Origin: Octopus bimaculoides
Lineage: Eukaryota
NCBI RefSeq assembly: GCF_001194135.2
Contig: NC_068987.1
Span: 14,821,972-14,885,971 of the forward strand
Direction: 5' to 3'
Length of the DNA stretch: 64,000 nucleotides
Shown: piece by piece, positions 1 through 12,450 of the stretch
How positions within the stretch are numbered: the first letter of the stretch is position 1
How the letters are laid out: every line of letters starts with the position of its first letter
Notes under the pieces: model-generated
The model's database searches: none
Seen by the model: only the letters and a program-made list of their open reading frames with translations
Told to the model about the DNA's origin: nothing
Translations under genes and position numbers: made by a program

Positions 1-1071
1 TGCCTATGCTATATGTGGATCTACCAATATTATAACCGCTAACATTGGAATTAGTATTACTCTTCCCGTTACCATTTCTGCCGCCGTCATTCCCACTACA
101 ATTATTGCCTTTGAAGTTATTATTTCGTTCACTATTATTAACATCCGTGCCATCTATATTATCTCTATCACTAGCAATTCTATCAGTAAGGATTTTATTC
201 CCACCGTCTCCACCACCACCATTCCGCACCGGTTGTCTTGGCCCATACATGATATTTTTCCTATGTATGTATGTATGTATGTATGTGCGCGTGCATGTGT
301 GTATATGCTTGTTTGCAATACAAAATTGTGTTACTTCTTGATGATTTTTGTTTATTTCGAATCATATATTATTCATGTATGCTGTTTTTTTGCATCATTA
401 ATTCTATTTATATCCAGTTTATATTCGATGTATACCAACTATTACTCCAATTTCACGTGATGTATAAGCGTGTGTATATAGATATGCCAGTGCGTGTATA
501 TATAGAAACGCACGTGCGTATGTCTGCGTACGTTTGTGCATTTGTGTACGCGCATGCATCTTCTTATCAATTTGTCCCTCTACCGCATCCATCAATCGAT
601 CAATCAAACGATCTAATTATGCAGTCATCAAACAATTAGCCAATTAATCTCTTTCAATTTTCTCTTAAGTGCTGGGATCGATTTAATCAGTTACCGATCT
701 CTCGACGTGCAATGGGCTAACATGTTATAGATGTGCCCCCAAACCGCACAACTGACTACTAAAGCGAGTAATTTTAATAGCCGATCCTAACGGACCGGAT
801 CGGCAGACTTAAAACCGAACTCTAATTACATCAATTAGAATCAGAACAGCTAAGCTGCAAGGACTACAGGTTACCACCCAAGTAAATACGCCGACATCTG
901 CAAGTCTCCAAGCAGAATTGGAAATCTTATAACAACTGGACAGCGGACATCCAAAGCTGAAAGACATCAAAGGATAAAGAGAGAGCTGCTACTCAGCAAT
1001 GCGAGAGAAATGGAGGATTTGATTGGTTGATTGAAATTTCTCTCTTTCTATACGACTCTGTCAATATGGTA

Positions 1072-1072
<1 letters not shown>

Positions 1073-1142
<70 letters not shown>
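1073..1142 (+). repeat. (TATC)n microsatellite
   Basis: Pure tetranucleotide run seen directly. Confidence 0.97.
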
Positions 1143-1144
<2 letters not shown>

Positions 1145-1234
1145 CAAATATATACATACGTATATATACATTATGTATGTGCATTTACACACTCTCTCTC
1201 TCTCACACACATACACACACATTAATTTTGATTT

Positions 1235-1440
1235 AAAGCTGTGAGCTGGCAGGTAAAATGCCAAGCAGCATTTCGTCAATCTTCACGATCTGAGTTCAAA
1301 TTCCGCTGAGGTCGACTTTGCCTTTCATCCTTTAGGAGTCGATAAAATAAGTGCCATTTGAGCAGTGGGGTCTATATAATTGACTTATTCCCAACTCTGA
1401 AATTGCTGGCCTTGGGCCAAAATTCGAAGCCAATATTAAT
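1235..1440 (+). mobile_element. SINE family A copy (tRNA-like head, central GCCTTTCATCCTT..GTCGATAAA..AAGTACCA domain)
   Basis: gagctggcag...gagttcaaattccgctgaggtcgactttgcctttcatcctttaggagtcgataaaataagt; more than 20 related copies in the window. The central block resembles the Nin/Deu-type SINE core (recalled, not searched). Confidence 0.9.
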
Positions 1441-1582
1441 TAGATGTGCATTAATATGTATATTGATATTTGTGTTTATATATAGTTTTNNNNNNNNNNN
1501 NNNNNNNNNNNNNNNNNNNNNNNNNNNNNNNNNNNNNNNNNNNNNNNNNNNNNNNNNNNNNNNNNNNNNNNNNATATATATC

Positions 1583-1795
1583 ATGTGTGTATTTGTGTGT
1601 CTGTGTTTGTTCCCCCCACCATCGTTTTACAAGTGATGTTGGTGTGTTTATGTACCCGTAACAAAGCGGTTCGGCAAAGAAACCAATAGAATAATTACTC
1701 AGTTTAGAAAGAATACGTTCTGGGGTCGATTTGGTCGACAAAAGGCGGTGTTTCAGCATGGCCGCAGTCAAATGAGTGAAACAAGTAAAAAAATA
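1583..1795 (+). mobile_element. SINE family B, 3' half (head probably in the adjacent gap)
   Basis: gtttgtccccccaccatcg...cggttcggcaaag...ggggtcgatttg...cagcatggccgcagtcaaatgagtgaaacaagtaaaa matches the copies at 2980, 9028 and 25735. Confidence 0.9.
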
Positions 1796-2458
1796 AAACA
1801 ATAATAATGAAATTAGTAACACAACGGAAATGTTACGAAACGGCTGTAGCCTTATAGTAATCTCTTAGTTAAATAAATAAATATATTCTCAACGCTGAAA
1901 CCTCCTATGTTTTTATATTAAGAATTATGTGAGTGCTTTTGCGGTGATGTATTTATTTATGTATAGTTACATACATACATATATATATATGTACATATGC
2001 ATACATATACATACATTTATACACACCCCACATATATATATGCACCGGTACATACATGCATATACATGATATATACGACAATGTAATCATCAACCAATCA
2101 AACAGTTAGTCCATAAATCTCTCGTTGTCGTTGCTCGATTATCAGTGTCTTAGTCCGCCCGTCTATCTTGAATATCTTTATATCTATCATATCTACTTTA
2201 TACCAAGCACTGTCACGTTACTTAACTTGCAGCAGCAACTCTTTCCGAATCGCAAGAGCAGAATGTTGTTAAGTGGAAATTTATTCGCCTTCTCACGTCT
2301 TCATTCTTTTCCTTTAATCTCCATGCTTTGCTTCATTTTCAGGTATATAGACAGACTAACAGACAGTTAGACAGACAGATGGATAGATCAAAATAGTGAT
2401 AAAGAAATTTAGATGGACAGCTATGTATATTCTCTAAGCAACACTCACACATTGTTTC

Positions 2459-2502
<44 letters not shown>

Positions 2503-2690
2503 TTTTTTAGAAATTCACACAAGCATATGCGTACGTACATACACACACACGTACACACACACACACACACAAGCACACAGGCACAAACACATACACACAA
2601 ACACACACATACAAACAGACACACACACGCATATACATAAACAGACATATATGCATATGTACATGCATACATGTATTATATGTATATAGT

Positions 2691-2980
2691 TAGCTGGCAG
2701 AATCGTTAGTAGGCCGGGCTAAATGCATAGCGGCATTTCGTCCGTCTTCACGTTCTAAGTTCGAATTCCGCCGCGGTCGACTTAGCTTTTCATCCTTTCG
2801 TAGTCTATAAAATAAGTACCAGTAATACTGGAGGGGGGGGGGCATGTAATCGACTTAACCCCTTCTCCGTAATTGCTGGCTTGTGCCAGCATTTAAGCCC
2901 TTGCTAAGCTGATGTTTAAGGCGGCAAGCTAGTCGAATAGTTAGCATGTCGGGCAAAATGCTTCCCAGCATTTCTTCGTC
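2691..2980 (+). mobile_element. SINE A copy followed by a second SINE A head
   Basis: agctggcagaatcgttag...ttcgaattccgccgcggtcgacttagcttttcatcctttcg...aagtaccag at 2691-2893; aaggcggcaagctagtcgaatagttagc head at about 2917-2980. Confidence 0.88.
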
Positions 2981-3245
2981 CCTCCACCATCGTTTGAGAA
3001 CCGATGTCGGTGTGTTTACGTCCCCGTAACTTAGCGGTTCGGCAAAAGAGACCGATAGAATAAGTACTAGGCTTATAAAGAATAAGTCCTGGGATCGATT
3101 TCTTCGACTAAAAGGCGGTGCTCCAGCATGGGCGCACTCAAATGACTGAAACAAATAAAAGGATAAAAGAATAAAGAATATATATATATGCACCAGCATG
3201 GCCACAGTCAAATGACTGAAACAAGTAAAAGAACAAAAGAATAAA
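2980..3245 (+). mobile_element. SINE B 3' half with duplicated 3' terminus
   Basis: Family B tail; ccagcatgg...caaatgactgaaacaa.taaaa occurs twice (about 3122-3170 and 3192-3240). Confidence 0.9.
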
Positions 3246-3760
3246 TGTTCAACAATCAGATACCATTAAATCCAAGTAGAATACTTTTCCTGAGAATTTA
3301 TGAAAATGGATAGAAATGTGAGTACCGAATGCTGTTATATTGTTGCGAGATATTTTTTTAAACGTACCTACGTACTTAGCATTTAATTCGAGTTTAGCAA
3401 ACAATAAATGCTAATCAAATGTCATTGTTATGAATGCAAAATTCAAACAAAAAAATACACTCCTCGTAAAATGTGGTTTTGAGTGTATTCCATTAAGCCC
3501 TTTTGACTCGTTCTTTTGCACATTTTGTCTAATGTAAGGGTGTTAAGTGTTAACTAGTTTCACATAAAGAAAATATAGCAGAACACTGTAAATTGCCTCG
3601 CTGTTAAGTAAATAAGATCGAGAAAATAACCCAAGAGTCAGAAATAAAAATTCTTTTTCTTTTTAATTCCACCCACATAATACAGTTCTATACTACCATT
3701 ATATCTAAAACCTCCTCCTCCTCCTCTGTTTCTGTCCGTCTGTCTGTCTGTCTGTCTCTC

Positions 3761-3812
<52 letters not shown>

Positions 3813-3827
3813 TCTCACTATGCTGAG

Positions 3828-4005
3828 ACCCCCTTCGGTCATGAATGATCATGGGATTGCACCTAGGAAGTTACCCTCCCAGGCACAAGTCCGGGCAAGG
3901 TTGTTTTATGGAAAACTAGCTGTCGCCCATGCATACCGGCCTCCCCTCTCCACGTCACCGGTGTTATCCAAGGGAAAGGCAATGGCCAATACAGCTTGGT
4001 ACCTC
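3828..4005 (-). mobile_element. SINE family C, 3' portion
   Basis: gacccccttcggtcatgaatgatcatgggattgcacctagg...ggaaaggcaatggccaatacagcttgg is homologous to 60840-61020 and 51578-51725. Confidence 0.85.
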
Positions 4006-4029
4006 AAAGAAAAAAATCATACATACAAA

Positions 4030-4074
4030 CAAACATAGATAGATAAATAGACAGACAGACAAACAGACATACAA

Positions 4075-4150
<76 letters not shown>
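4030..4150 (+). repeat. (GATA)n/(GACA)n microsatellite
   Basis: Seen directly. Confidence 0.97.
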
Positions 4151-4512
4151 GGATACACATCAACATGCTTCACAAACTTCTGATGAGCAATTTCCTCTAA
4201 TCATGGCTTTGGTCAGCTCGGGAGCATAGTTGCTGAATGTATCAGTGTTGAGAAGTAGCGCTGATGAAAGCGAACATGTAACGAACTGTAAGGCTCCTTC
4301 TAAATCACACAACCACACATAACGTACTTTTAACTATAGGTTAAGACAATCATTTTTGATTAGGAATATCATAAATGGTTTCCAATTTCTAATGCAAGTC
4401 CATCGTAAATTTAATTTAAATATAATCCGGTCGACCGTCGAATTTGAGACGTTAATCTTGAAAACGTCTCACATTTCAGAATACAAATGGTAACTGTATA
4501 CGAAGAACACGT

Positions 4513-4575
4513 ACATACATACATACATACATACATACATACATACATACATACATACATACATACATACATACA
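4513..4575 (+). repeat. (TACA)n microsatellite
   Basis: Seen directly; abuts the RT fragment. Confidence 0.97.
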
Positions 4576-4993
4576 TGTGAAAGCAATAACATTATTACAG
4601 CAGAACAAGCAGCAGGGAAGAAGGAAGTCTGGGGATGTGCTTAGCGATTGTTAATCAGCAAAACTGTGATGTCAGAGGTGCGAGAGCATAGGAGGAATTT
4701 AGTTTCAATGTGGCTAGACTACAAGAAAGCTTTTGACTGTTCCCCAATCATGGATGCTAGAAGCCCTTCACCTTGCTTAAGTTCCAGTGAGAATAGTCAA
4801 AGCCATAGCTGATCTGACATCAACGTGGGCACCATCTTGAAATTAATCACAAAAAGTGACTATTATCACCAATAGGATACAGTATCGCAAAGGCATGTTC
4901 CAAGGAGACATCCTCTCCGTGATGTTGTTTATATTTCCTGTAAACTCCTTGTCATTCATGATAAAGACGTCTGAAGGATATCTCACTGGTTCA
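4576..4993 (+). pseudogene. Decayed reverse transcriptase core of an RLE-type non-LTR retrotransposon (R4/Dong-like)
   Basis: Manual translation: ESNNIITAEQAAGKKEVWGCA*RLLISKTVMSEVREHRRNLVSMWLDYKKAFD / frameshift / ...RIQYRKGMFQGDILSVMLFIFPVNSLSFMIK. It contains the EQ.G..GC..LLI, WLDYKKAFD and QGD.LS motifs typical of R4-clade RT. Stops and frameshifts present. Confidence 0.88.
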
Positions 4994-4994
4994 C

Positions 4995-5270
4995 AGATCA
5001 GATCACGTGATTACGTGACCGACTAGTCTATCAGATGTCACGCATCGCTGGTCACAATGCGTTTTGCATTGATTCAGCTTTCAAAAGGACGCCACCCATC
5101 TGGCTAGGCGAGCAGGCCAACATTCCCCACCAAAAGAGGCACTGGAGCAACGTGAAATGAAGTGGGTTTTTTTCTCAAAAACACAACGTGCCACCCAGTC
5201 AAGGAATCGAACCCACGATCTGACGATCGTGAGTGCAAGGGCCTGACCACTAGGCCACACACCTTCACAA
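4995..5270 (-). mobile_element. tRNA-derived SINE (family D) truncating the RT fragment
   Basis: Reverse strand reads gtgtggcctagtggtc (A box)...gggttcgattcc (B box)...ttgagaaaaaaacccacttcatttcacgttgctccagtg; tail ends in cacgtgat-type repeats. Confidence 0.85.
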
Positions 5271-5713
5271 GAGAAAGCAAACAAGCTAAAAACAAAGAAG
5301 AGATATCGTAAGTATTTATCTATTTAAGTTCTAATTTAAAGCCATTTCTGATCGAATATCAGGAAAATCTGAAAAAAAAAAAAAAAAAAAAATCCGTATC
5401 ATGCGTTGACGCCTCATATACATAGGCAGAGATCCGCCATTTTACAGAGTAAAATCTCTTAATATTTCCAACAGATAGTAGCTAACAACTACCAAAGATG
5501 GACAATTCGCACTAGTTTAAATTATGATTGGAAATCGATCTGATTTTGACGTATATCTGTTGTGATCGTGCCAAGAAGTTTGATGTGGCAAAAGAAATTA
5601 TGTTAGATGACAATTCTACGTTTTTGCCTTCTCTCTCCCTCTCCCCCCTCTCTCTGTCTCTCTGTCTCGATATATGTATGTATGCGTATGTATAAAAACA
5701 CATATATACGCAC

Positions 5714-5758
<45 letters not shown>

Positions 5759-6356
5759 CGCCACAGCATTTACATGTGTATGTATATGTATGATATATAT
5801 GTATGCACATAATGCCTATANNNNNNNNNNNNNNNNNNNNNNNNNNNNNNNNNNNNNNNNNNNNNNNNNNNNNNNNNNNNNNNNNNNNNNNNNNNNNNNN
5901 NNNNNNNNNNNNNNNNNNNNNNNNNNNNNNNNNNNNNNNNNNNNNNNNNNNNNNNNNNNNNNNNNNNNNNNNNNNNNNNNNNNNNNNNNNNNNNNNNNNN
6001 NNNNNNNNNNNNNNNNNNNNNNNNNNNNNNNNNNNNNNNNNNNNNNNNNNNNNNNNNNNNNNNNNNNNNNNNNNNNNNNNNNNNNNNNNNNNNNNNNNNN
6101 NNNNNNNNNNNNNNNNNNNNNNNNNNNNNNNNNNNNNNNNNNNNNNNNNNNNNNNNNNNNNNNNNNNNNNNNNNNNNNNNNNNNNNNNNNNNNNNNNNNN
6201 NNNNNNNNNNNNNNNNNNNNNNNNNNNNNNNNNNNNNNNNNNNNNNNNNNNNNNNNNNNNNNNNNNNNNNNNNNNNNNNNNNNNNNNNNNNNNNNNNNNG
6301 CAAATAACGTCAAACGCCCGAGAGAAAGTCAGAAACATTTGCTGTTAATGCACACG

Positions 6357-6415
<59 letters not shown>

Positions 6416-6844
6416 CACACAGAACACACACACGCACACACACACACGCACACACGCACACAGAACGCACAGACACACGCACGCACACGTATATATTATA
6501 CATACACGCGCGCACACATTATCATACGTGAGATCAGATCAAAAATAATCTGCTAATGTTAATCATGTAACCCAGTACTTCTTGCATCACAGTCAGGTCG
6601 TCTGAGACTAAACTAAACAGCATCAATCTAAATTTTGTGCTTCTCACCCTTTTGTATCTCAACGCCATCTTTGTTGGCAAAATGGTGTATTTCAAACGAA
6701 CGCTCTCTTTCATGTTGTGTAAAGCAAAAAGAGAAAATGGATAAACAAAAATGGCTGAGGTTATTTTAATCAAACAAAACATAATTTTGCATTGTGGTTT
6801 ATTGTCCCTAATTTGTTTTTTTTATATTTATTTGTGTAGAACCC

Positions 6845-7372
6845 CTTCTTAGTATTCTTTTATGTGTGTTTCAGTCATTTAAGTGTAGCCATGCTGGAGC
6901 ACCGCCATTTTGTGCGTCTATCTTTTATTCTGTTATTCCTTCATTTCTTTCACTCATTTGACCGCGGCCATACTGGAGCATTGCCTTGAAGAATTTTTGT
7001 CGAACAAATCGACCCCCAGGATTTTTTAAAGCCTAGTACTTAGTCTAACGGTTCCTTGTGCCGAACCGCTAAGTTACGGGGGCGTACACACAGCAGCGCC
7101 TGTTGTCAAACGGTGATGGGTGACAAACACAGATACAAATGCACGCACTCATATATACACACATATATACATACATACATGCGCGAGCACACACACACAC
7201 ATACATATACGACGGGTTTCTTTCAGTTTCCGTCTACCAAATCCATTCACAAGGCTTTGGTCAGCCCAAGACTATAGCAGAAGACACTTGCCAAAGTTAC
7301 CCCGCAGTGGGACTGAGCCCGGGAACACGTGGTTTGGAAGCAAGCTTCGTACAACACAGCCACGCCTGCTTG
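6845..7372 (-). mobile_element. Near full-length SINE B with internal (TA/TG) microsatellite and duplicated 3' end
   Basis: Head 7205-7372 (tggctgtgttgtacgaagcttgcttccaaaccacgtg), microsatellite about 7110-7205, tail 6845-7110 with two copies of the ctccag(c/t)atggc...aaatga terminus. Confidence 0.9.
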
Positions 7373-7434
7373 TTAAATATTTGCGCAGACTAAATAAGGT
7401 GCATGCATGCCTCTCTGATTTAGAAGTTCACTTT

Positions 7435-7562
7435 GCAGCCATGTAGTTTCGGGTTCAATCCCACTGTGCGACAACATTCACAAGCGTCTTCTATTATATC
7501 TCTGGGCCGACCAATGACTTGTGAATGAATTTGATAGACGGAAACTGAGTGGAAACCCGTAA
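7435..7562 (+). mobile_element. SINE B head fragment running into a gap
   Basis: catgtagtttcgggttcaatcccactgtgcg...gggccgaccaatgacttgtgaatgaatttgatagacggaaactg. Confidence 0.85.
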
Positions 7563-8279
7563 TAANNNNNNNNNNNNNNNNNNNNNNNNNNNNNNNNNNN
7601 NNNNNNNNNNNNNNNNNNNNNNNNNNNNNNNNNNNNNNNNNNNNNNNNNNNNNNNNNNNNNNNNNNNNNNNNNNNNNNNNNNNNNNNNNNNNNNNNNNNN
7701 NNNNNNNNNNNNNNNNNNNNNNNNNNNNNNNNNNNNNNNNNNNNNNNNNNNNNNNNNNNNNNNNNNNNNNNNNNNNNNNNNNNNNNNNNNNNNNNNNNNN
7801 NNNNNNNNNNNNNNNNNNNNNNNNNNNNNNNNNNNNNNNNNNNNNNNNNNNNNNNNNNNNNNNNNNNNNNNNNNNNNNNNNNNNNNNNNNNNNNNNNNNN
7901 NNNNNNNNNNNNNNNNNNNNNNNNNNNNNNNNNNNNNNNNNNNNNNNNNNNNNNNNNNNNNNNNNNNNNNNNNNNNNNNNNNNNNNNNNNNNNNNNNNNN
8001 NNNNNNNNNNNNNNNNNNNNNNNNNNNNNNNNNNNNNNNNNNNNNNNNNNNNNNNNNNNNNNNNNNNNNNNNNNNNNNNNNNNNNNNNNNNNNNNNNNNN
8101 NNNNNNNNNNNNNNNNNNNNNNNNNNNNNNNNNNNNNNNNNNNNNNNNNNNNNNNNNNNNNNNNNNNNNNNNNNNNNNNNNNNNNNNNNNNNNNNNNNNN
8201 NNNNNNNNNNNNNNNNNNNNNNNNNNNNNNNNNNNNNNNNNNNNNNNNNNNNNNNNNNNNNNNNNNNNNNNAATATATA

Positions 8280-8515
8280 CAGTGTTGGCCAAAAGTCACC
8301 CGAGAGTAAATAAAAAAAATTCTATAAATACTATCAATAATTCTGTATTGACTCGAATAGAAAAATGTGTCGCTCAAGAAGGTCTTCAGTTTGAATAATT
8401 TTCTTGATGCTTCATATTTCGATGCTTTTATTAAATTCATTCAGTTGTTAAACATAAATAAAACTTGGAATTAAATGGTTTTGATTTACTGTCAGGTGAC
8501 TTTTGGCCAATCCTG
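8280..8515 (+). mobile_element. Tc1/mariner-type MITE, 236 bp, 32-bp TIRs, TA target-site duplication
   Basis: Left TIR cagtgttggccaaaagtcacccgagagtaaat (8280-8311); right TIR reverse complement caggattggccaaaagtcacctgacagtaaat (8484-8515); TA at 8278-8279 and 8516-8517. Confidence 0.92.
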
Positions 8516-8687
8516 TATATATATAAAAAAAAACACAGTGAATAATATTGTTTGGCGTACACAATTTAAAGAATAAAAGAGGAAACCGTTATGGGTCAAA
8601 CGATCTTTTGTCATACCTTATCTGCTCTGATATAGCGGAAAAACCAAGCAGTACAATCTTTGACCCTTTCTGATTATATGCAGTTTA

Positions 8688-9200
8688 CATAGGCGCAGGA
8701 GTGGCCATAGGCGCTGGAGTAGCTGTGTGGTATGTAGGTTGCTTACCAACCACATGGTTTCGGGTTCAGTCCCACTGCGTGGCATCTTGGGCAAGTGTCT
8801 TCTACAATAGCTTCGGGCCGACCCAAACCTTGTGAGTGGATTTGGTAGACGGAAACTGAAAGACCGTCGTATATATATATATATTTATATACATATGTGT
8901 GTATGTGTTTGTGTGTTTGTGTTTGTCNNNNNNNNNNNNNNNNNNNNNNNNNNNNNNNNNNNNNNNNNNNNNNNNNNNNNNNNNNNNNNNNNNNNNNNNN
9001 NNNNNNNNNNNNNNNNNNNNNNNNNNNATTGCTTGAAAACCGATGCTGGTGTGTTTGCGGCCCCGTAACTTAGCGGTTCGTCAAAAGAAACCTATAAAAT
9101 AAGTACTAGACTTACAAAAAGTAAGTCCTGTGGTCGATTTGCTGGACTAAAAGCGGTGCTCCTGCATGGCCACAATCAAATGACTGAGACAAATAAAATA
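8688..9200 (+). mobile_element. Full-length SINE B with an assembly gap in its microsatellite/tail junction
   Basis: ggcgctggagtagctgtgtggtatg...gggttcagtcccactgcgtggcatcttgggcaagtgtcttc...gacggaaactgaaagaccgtcg, then (TA/TG)n, gap and tail; 18-bp tandem duplication at the 5' end (8688-8705, 8706-8723). Confidence 0.92.
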
Positions 9201-9257
9201 ATAAAAACATACATCAATATTACTGTCAAAGTTTCGTTCAAGGTCAGCCTGTTCTGA

Positions 9258-9430
9258 GGAAGGGGTAAGTCAATTACATCGACCCCAGTACTCAGCTGGT
9301 ACCTATTTCTTATTTTATGCTCTCCAAAATAATGAAAGTCAAAGTCGAACTCGAACTCAGAACGTAAAGACGGACAAGATGCAGCTAAGCCTTTGGCTCG
9401 GAGTGCTATCGATTTTACAAGTTCGCCACC
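9258..9430 (-). mobile_element. SINE A copy, partly deleted
   Basis: gtcaattacatcgaccccagtactc...gaaagtcaaagtcgaac...gaactcagaacgtaaagacggac. Confidence 0.85.
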
Positions 9431-10384
9431 AGTTCGTCTTCATTAATATACCACGATTTTTATTCAGCCCGGCTTTTAAAAATCTTCATGAGTATATAAA
9501 AACCAAAGCGGAAATAGGAGCAGAAGATGAGTGGAGAAAGAATGCTTTCTGATCAGAAATAAAATATCACCAAGAAATGAAACAGTCGTGGCAGTTTGCC
9601 AGAGACTCTGTCCAATATTTTTTGTTTTTCTCTCTCTCTTTCTCTCTCTCTATTGTTTTAGCTTACCACCTAGGACATATTACTCATAAATAATTAATTG
9701 AAGAATAGCAACGAGTCATTTTTATTTCTCAGCTACAGGTTTTTTTTTTATATAGATAAAAAAGCAAGAACTTTATATATTTATTTAGTTTTCATAAGTA
9801 GGTCGATTAGTGACTTGCAGAAAGTGACAAGTAGCACGAAGGGAGATAAATCATTTAAAATGGGAAACTAACACGCATTCTTGTCATTTTCAAATCCCAT
9901 AATTCAAACAATACATTCGGATATTCTGAGATAATTTCTGTTGCATACATAACTCTCTTAAACAGCTCTGTTANNNNNNNNNNNNNNNNNNNNNNNNNNN
10001 NNNNNNNNNNNNNNNNNNNNNNNNNNNNNNNNNNNNNNNNNNNNNNNNNNNNNNNNNNNNNNNNNNNNNNNNNNNNNNNNNNNNNNNNNNNNNNNNNNNN
10101 NNNNNNNNNNNNNNNNNNNNNNNNNNNNNNNNNNNNNNNNNNNNNNNNNNNNNNNNNNNNNNNNNNNNNNNNNNNNNNNNNNNNNNNNNNNNNNNNNNNN
10201 NNNNNNNNNNNNNNNNNNNNNNNNNNNNNNNNNNNNNNNNNNNNNNNNNNNNNNNNNNNNNNNNNNNNNNNNNNNNNNNNNNNNNNNNNNNNNNNNNNNN
10301 NNNNNNNNNNNNNNNNNNNNNNNNNNNNNNNNNNNNNNNNNNNNNNNNNNNNNNNNNNNNNNNNNNNNNNNNNNNNNNNNNNNN

Positions 10385-10418
<34 letters not shown>

Positions 10419-11036
10419 TCGCATGTATATTTTATTTTATGTTTTAATGTCTCGTTTAAAGTTTACAATGAACATAAATATTGCGTATAAAACTGTAACT
10501 GAGAACAGAATGATCCTAAGGGATTATAAATTAAATATCATTGCCGTCTCAATGTTATTCTCGTAGCAATTTGAAATTTCTACACTAATCAATTTGAATT
10601 CTCGTGCATGTAATAAACGTGACTAACATAGTCGTAAGTGCTGAAATTTTAACGCCAGGGTTAGTAAATTAAATCAACACAATGCTAGAGAGTGGTATGT
10701 TGTTGGTAAAATATCTTTCACCACGGCGGTATTTAAACCAGAACATAAAGACTCATATCTGAATATCTTAAGGTATTTTGTCTGAAAGTGTTAGAATTCT
10801 GGAGTTTTAATGATTGTTTGTGCCAGGGGTAAAAGAAAATTAGTCTCCTCTACCATAGCCTTGTCCACAAATTTCAAATTAGAAACAATTTTTATAACAT
10901 ACAGGAGATTCCTTTTTGTGTTGTAGCGCAAACGTTGTGGTTTGCAGAAGCTCCGCCATTAAAAGTTTTGCTTACAGCATCTAGGTTCCCTAATCAATCA
11001 CCCATCTAAATATTAAAGTCGCTCTACGTTGCTTTT

Positions 11037-11285
11037 GAAGGCGCGTGGCTTAGTGGTTATGGTATTGAATTCATGATGGTGAGTTTGTAGTTTCGATTCC
11101 TAGACTAGGCGCCGCGTTGCTTTCTTGAGTAAAACACTTCATTTGACATTCCTCCTGTCCACTCCACTTACCTGGGGAAAATGAGTAACCCTGCGACGGA
11201 CCGGTGTCCAGCTGGGGAAAATAGACACCATGGAAACCAGCAAACCGACCCTTATGGGTCGGCATGACGCCAGAAAGTAATTTTA
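11037..11285 (+). mobile_element. tRNA-derived SINE (D-like head and body)
   Basis: ggcgcgtggcttagtggtt (A box), gtttcgattcc (B box), ttgagtaaaacacttcatttgac...aaccctgcgacggaccgg. Confidence 0.82.
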
Positions 11286-11384
11286 TTTTTTTATTAATTT
11301 TTTTTTTATCTACGTTGCTTAGATCGGACGAGAACAGATATTTTCAACGTGATATTGCCTCTATTAGTTGATTTTTACGTCTCA

Positions 11385-12450
11385 TACTTCTGGAGTCGAT
11401 AAAAAATATACCAGATAATATTAAGGTTTAACTAATCAATTATCCACACCATCGAAATTAATGGACTTGTGCCTGTGCCACGGAGAATCGTAAGTGCACT
11501 GGGCGAAATGATCTCGCCGAGATCAATTTTTACTTTTATTATTTCGAGATTGATAAAATGTAGTACCAGTCACTTACAGGGATCGATTTAATCGACTAAG
11601 TTCTCTCCCCTTAAAATTGATGATCTTATGCTTAAGTTAGAAGCAATTATAATTAATAGTATTACGGAGTTATGAGCTCAAAGGATCGTTCGACGATCGG
11701 GAGATTAACGCTTCGTAGTAGGTTCTCTGGCTCTTTAGCTTCTGAGCTGAATACCTTCTGAAGTCAGCTTTGATTTTCGTCACCTTCTTAGATCAATAAA
11801 AGAATGTATCAGTTAAGTGCTGGTGTTGATTTAACCGATTAACTATCTGTCTTCAAATTTGTTGACCTTGCACCTAGATCAGAAACCATTCCAAGCGGTT
11901 AGCTGGCAGAATTATTATAGCATCGGAGAAAATGGCTTCAGTCGTTCACTCCATTTCATTACCTTTTGGGATACAAATATACCCGTCTCATATCAAGATA
12001 ACCAGCACATAGCCTTGTAAGTAGGGCCCAGTTAGAATTTTCTTCAGGTCGAGCAGCTCATTCCGTTCAAAAGGTTCCTGAATAAGGGTTAAGTATGAAG
12101 GAAGCACCCATATTTCCAGGAGCGAATAATTCAAATCCCAAAGAATCCCTTTCAACACCTGGCTATGATGCTGCCTCATTATTCCTGCTCTTGACAAGCA
12201 AATCTGTGGTGTTGAGCAGCAGTAGAAGTATTTTAGAGCGTTGAACTAGCAGAATTGTTATAGTGTCGCGAAAAATAAGCCTCATGATGTATTTTATGGC
12301 CCTTTAAGTTCTGACTTTGAATCTTGCCGGAGTCAATTTTGCTTTTCATTACCTTCAGACGTTAGTAAAATCAGACTATAACAGTCAGGTACACGATTTG
12401 CTTTAAACAACTATACTTGTTTTGCCAAAATTATAAGCCTTGTACTTATG
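11385..12450 (+). mobile_element. Cluster of about 5 old, same-orientation SINE A copies and fragments
   Basis: Degenerate gtcgataaaa / gagtcaattttgcttttcatt / agctggcagaat blocks at about 11385-11480, 11500-11640, 11675-11890, 11895-11960 and 12235-12450. Confidence 0.7.

Noticed and set aside
11988-12197. 69-aa non-repetitive minus-strand ORF
   Set aside because: No recognisable motif in any frame, and it is embedded in a SINE cluster; length is compatible with chance.
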